From NCBI GenBank assembly GCA_964016885.1, contig OZ024740.1, positions 134,106,001-134,170,000 of the forward strand: a stretch of DNA of 64,000 nucleotides, read 5' to 3'. A model generated the notes under the pieces. The model did no database searches, was not told where the DNA came from, and saw nothing but the letters and a program-made list of their open reading frames with translations. Positions 60,916 to 64,000 of this stretch are shown here, one piece after another. Source of the stretch: Eledone cirrhosa (lineage: Eukaryota). Position numbers and translations under genes: made by a program. The stretch's first letter is position 1; the number at the start of each line of letters is the position of its first letter.

Positions 60916-61265
60916 ACCCTTTTTGCCAGTGCCGTGGTGGTTTTCAGGTCAATGTTTTTTAAATCTTAATAATTTTATATATACAAATATAAATTAGCGA
61001 GAATCGTTTTCAGCTCAGGAATTAACGAAAATCAACGTCCGATATGTGTGGCAAGCGCTCGATGAATCATATGAATCAGAGCTACAACATACGTTAAGGG
61101 CCAAACACACTGAGATGATGGTTAAACATATCATCCGCACAGCCAAAATCAAAACGACGAAGTAATTCGGGTCAAACAATAAAAATATATGTGTTGATAC
61201 TTTCCCGGACCCTGGACTGATGGTAAAATTTTATATATATATATATGGGGTGTGTGTGTGTGTGT

Positions 61266-61323
<58 letters not shown>

Positions 61324-61862
61324 GTATATATAACTTAATCATTTTATCTATCTACAAAGTATCTGATAAATTCAGGAGTCAACACCCTTACTCACTGAAC
61401 AGAATAGCCCTTGATACTTTGATAAATTCGTAGACAGACAGGCGTCAAGCCAGATTTCTTTCATCTGTTTTGAATATAAAGATTTCCTCCGTTCGGAGGA
61501 AGAATTATTCGAGGGGGATAACCACTTCCCTTTTCGTATTTTTGTCCACGTGCCTGAATGAAGGGCCAGTTTTAATGTGCCTACCCCATTATACAGTAGT
61601 GGCCATAACTGGACTCCGAAACCAATGGTAGCACATATATGTTAAGTGTATTAATGGTGAAATATATTTCTTTAATGAAATATATACAAGGAAGATTAAT
61701 CAATTTATAAGGTATCTATTTGTGAAGTTCTAGTTAAACTTTAATTAGTTACCTACCTAGCTAGGTGTGCTTACACACTTTTACAAATTATTCCCTGTGA
61801 TTGTTTCATATGTTTATTTTATATATATATATATATATATATATGTCAATCAATTTCTAGTT

Positions 61863-61919
<57 letters not shown>

Positions 61920-61920
<1 letters not shown>

Positions 61921-64000
61921 GAAAAATTGAACGGGAACAAAACAGTGAGGCAGTACAACAAATGTTTATTAATTTCACGCTCTTGAGAGTGGGGTGGTGG
62001 TGGGGAACGACGTTTCGGGCATAAGCCCTTCTTCAGGTGAAAAGTGTGTGGGAAGAGAGTTCAAAGGGTGTGTAGGGGAGTGGTGGAGAGACATATAGCA
62101 AAAAGGGGGTGAGAGGAAACGGTGCAAATGAAATTAAAAATAAAGGCATGATCAAAATAAAATTAAAATGGGGTAAAACAGGTGGTGGAAGGGTGTGGTG
62201 CGTGTAGGGGTGGTGGCGGGTGGAGTGGGGAGAGGGAGACGGGGTGTCCGAGCGGGGAGGGCTGAAGGTGGTGTGTCTGTGTAGGTGTACGTGTGTGTGT
62301 GTGTATGTGAAAGCAAGGGTTGGGGGAAGAACGGGGTTGCATGTTCAGGAAGAGGTGTGTGTGGAGTGGGGTGTAGGTCGGAGTGTGTGTGCGTGTGTGG
62401 ATAGAGGGGTGGGGAAGAGGAATCCGGAGGCTGAATGTGTAAATATGTGGTGGTACGCACGTGTGTGTCTGGTGTTTAAGCGTGTTGTGGGTGTAGGTGG
62501 CGTGTGGGAAAAAAAAATTTGGGGGGTGTGTGTGTGGGTGAGTCATAAAGGTGATTCCGTAAGAAGATGTGGTGGAATGCTTAGTAAAATCCTTGGATGT
62601 GGTAGATTCCGGGATCAAGGTTCACATCCGTGAAGGGATTGGTCGGAAGAGGGGGGATGTGGGGTGCACGCGGAACAGGAAGTGGTCAAGGCAGGAGGAG
62701 TGCTGTGTGTCTGTGTGTGTGCGGGGAGGTGGTCAGAGGGCATAGCAGCAGTAGGGTAGAATGGTGAGTGAAGGTTTGTTGTGTGTCTGTGTGTGCGGGG
62801 AGGTGGTCAGAGGGCATAGCAGCAGTAGGGTAGAATGGTAAAGGGGAGAGGATGGGTAGGTGTGAAAGTTGGAGTGAGGAGGGGGGTGCGTGTATTAGTA
62901 GAGGTATTAGTGGGATGAGTGAGTGTTTGAGAAAGGGTGTGGGTGGAGGGGGGAGAAGGGTGTGGGGGTCAATGGAGGGAGTGTGGTGTACTGGTGTGTG
63001 TGTTTGGTGAAGGGGGTGTTAGTGGGTGTTAGTATACAGGAGATGGAGAAAGGGTTGAATGCGGGTGTGATTGGGGGTCAGTGGTGGTAGGGTGTATAGA
63101 GTGGGTGGTGTAAGAGGGTGTGTGTGTACGTGTGCGTAGGGTTGGGGGTGTTAGTGATGTTAGTTGCGTGTAGGGTGGGTGGTGTAAGTGGGTGTGTGTG
63201 TTCGTGTGCTTGGGGTCAGAGGGTGTTAGTGATGTTAGTTGCGGGAAGGTGGGGTGGATGTGTGGGGGTGAGGGTTAGTGGTGGTAGTAGGGTGTGTGTT
63301 TAGTGTGAGCGTGTGTATATGTGTGGGGTGGGTGTGTGCGTGTGATAAGGAGGGGGGAGGAGAAGAAGTGAGGGATGTTGGTAGTTAGTTGGGGAAGGGT
63401 GGTCGGATGTGAGGTGGAGTGGAGGTGTTAGTATTGTTAGTTGTGGGATGGGCGGTGAAAAGGAGGGGTGTGTTAGTGGTGTTAGTGGGGGATATGTGTG
63501 GGGGGAGGGGGCGGTCGAAGGCTAAAGGAATAAGGGTGGGGAGTTCAGGCCGGGGGGAGTGTGGGTCTGTAAGATGAAGATGGTTCGTTGTTCAACTCTT
63601 AGATTGGCGGGTGTTCCGTGGCATTGGAGTAGGCCACAGACTGTGAGATGGCGTGCGGAATGTCCAGGGGCACCAAAGTGGCGGGCGCTGGGGGAACTAC
63701 CACCGAGATGAATATCCCGGAAGTGCTCAGTAAATCTGTCCGCCAGGCGACGTCCAGTCTGTCCGACGTAAGTCGAGCTGCATTCCGTGCAGCGAAGTCC
63801 GTAGACTAGGTTGGAGGAGGTGCAGCGGAAGGCATGCCGGACAGAGAGAGAGTGGCCGTTGGGACCCTGGAAGGTGGTGGTGTTGGTGATGTGGGGACAG
63901 GTGTTGCAGCGGGGCCTAGAACAGGGAAAGGAACCGGGGGGGAAGAGAGCGTGGGTTGGGGGGTAGGGAGCTGTGGACGAGGAGGGTGCGGAGATTGCGT
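61920..64000 (-). mobile_element. 3' end of a Neptune-like PLE: GIY-YIG (about 63540-64000), long CA-rich UTR, pLTR
   Basis: Minus strand: FRCTSSNLVYGLRCTECSSTYVGQTGRRLADRFTEH..HF..H..EQ..IF.LQT..P.GLN. Runs off the window end. Confidence 0.9.
62005..62042 (-). ncRNA. Minimal type I hammerhead
   Basis: CTGAAGA-A-GGGC ttat GCCC-GAAA-CG-TC; stem I is weak. Confidence 0.8.

Overview
AT-rich, microsatellite-dense eukaryotic (animal) DNA with no recognisable host protein-coding exon. The tRNA-derived SINEs resemble, from memory, the octopus OK/OR SINEs, so a coleoid cephalopod origin is likely (inference). Penelope-like retroelements (PLEs) dominate the window, mostly nested in (TA)n tracts. There is one element with an uninterrupted 758-aa RT + GIY-YIG ORF (17896-20172, Naiad-like YRDD type), several disrupted or truncated PLEs, and many direct and inverted pseudo-LTRs (pLTRs). 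Also present are RTE, R4/Dong-like and Tx1/L1-like LINE fragments, non-autonomous Helitrons, a hAT-like MITE and SINEs. Reading by eye I find about 20 type I hammerhead ribozyme (HHR) motifs in about 11 unrelated sequence families. Five families share an unusual architecture: the first stem II pair (10.1-11.1) is a C.A or A.A mismatch with an invariant A before GAAA, stem II is often greatly extended (up to about 100 nt), and stem III is a short family-specific palindrome. One ORF-less pair of HHR-bearing 293-bp direct repeats (46954-48085) looks retrozyme-like. All folds and alignments were done manually, so coordinates are approximate to a few bases. Most ORFs in the supplied track are microsatellite artefacts.
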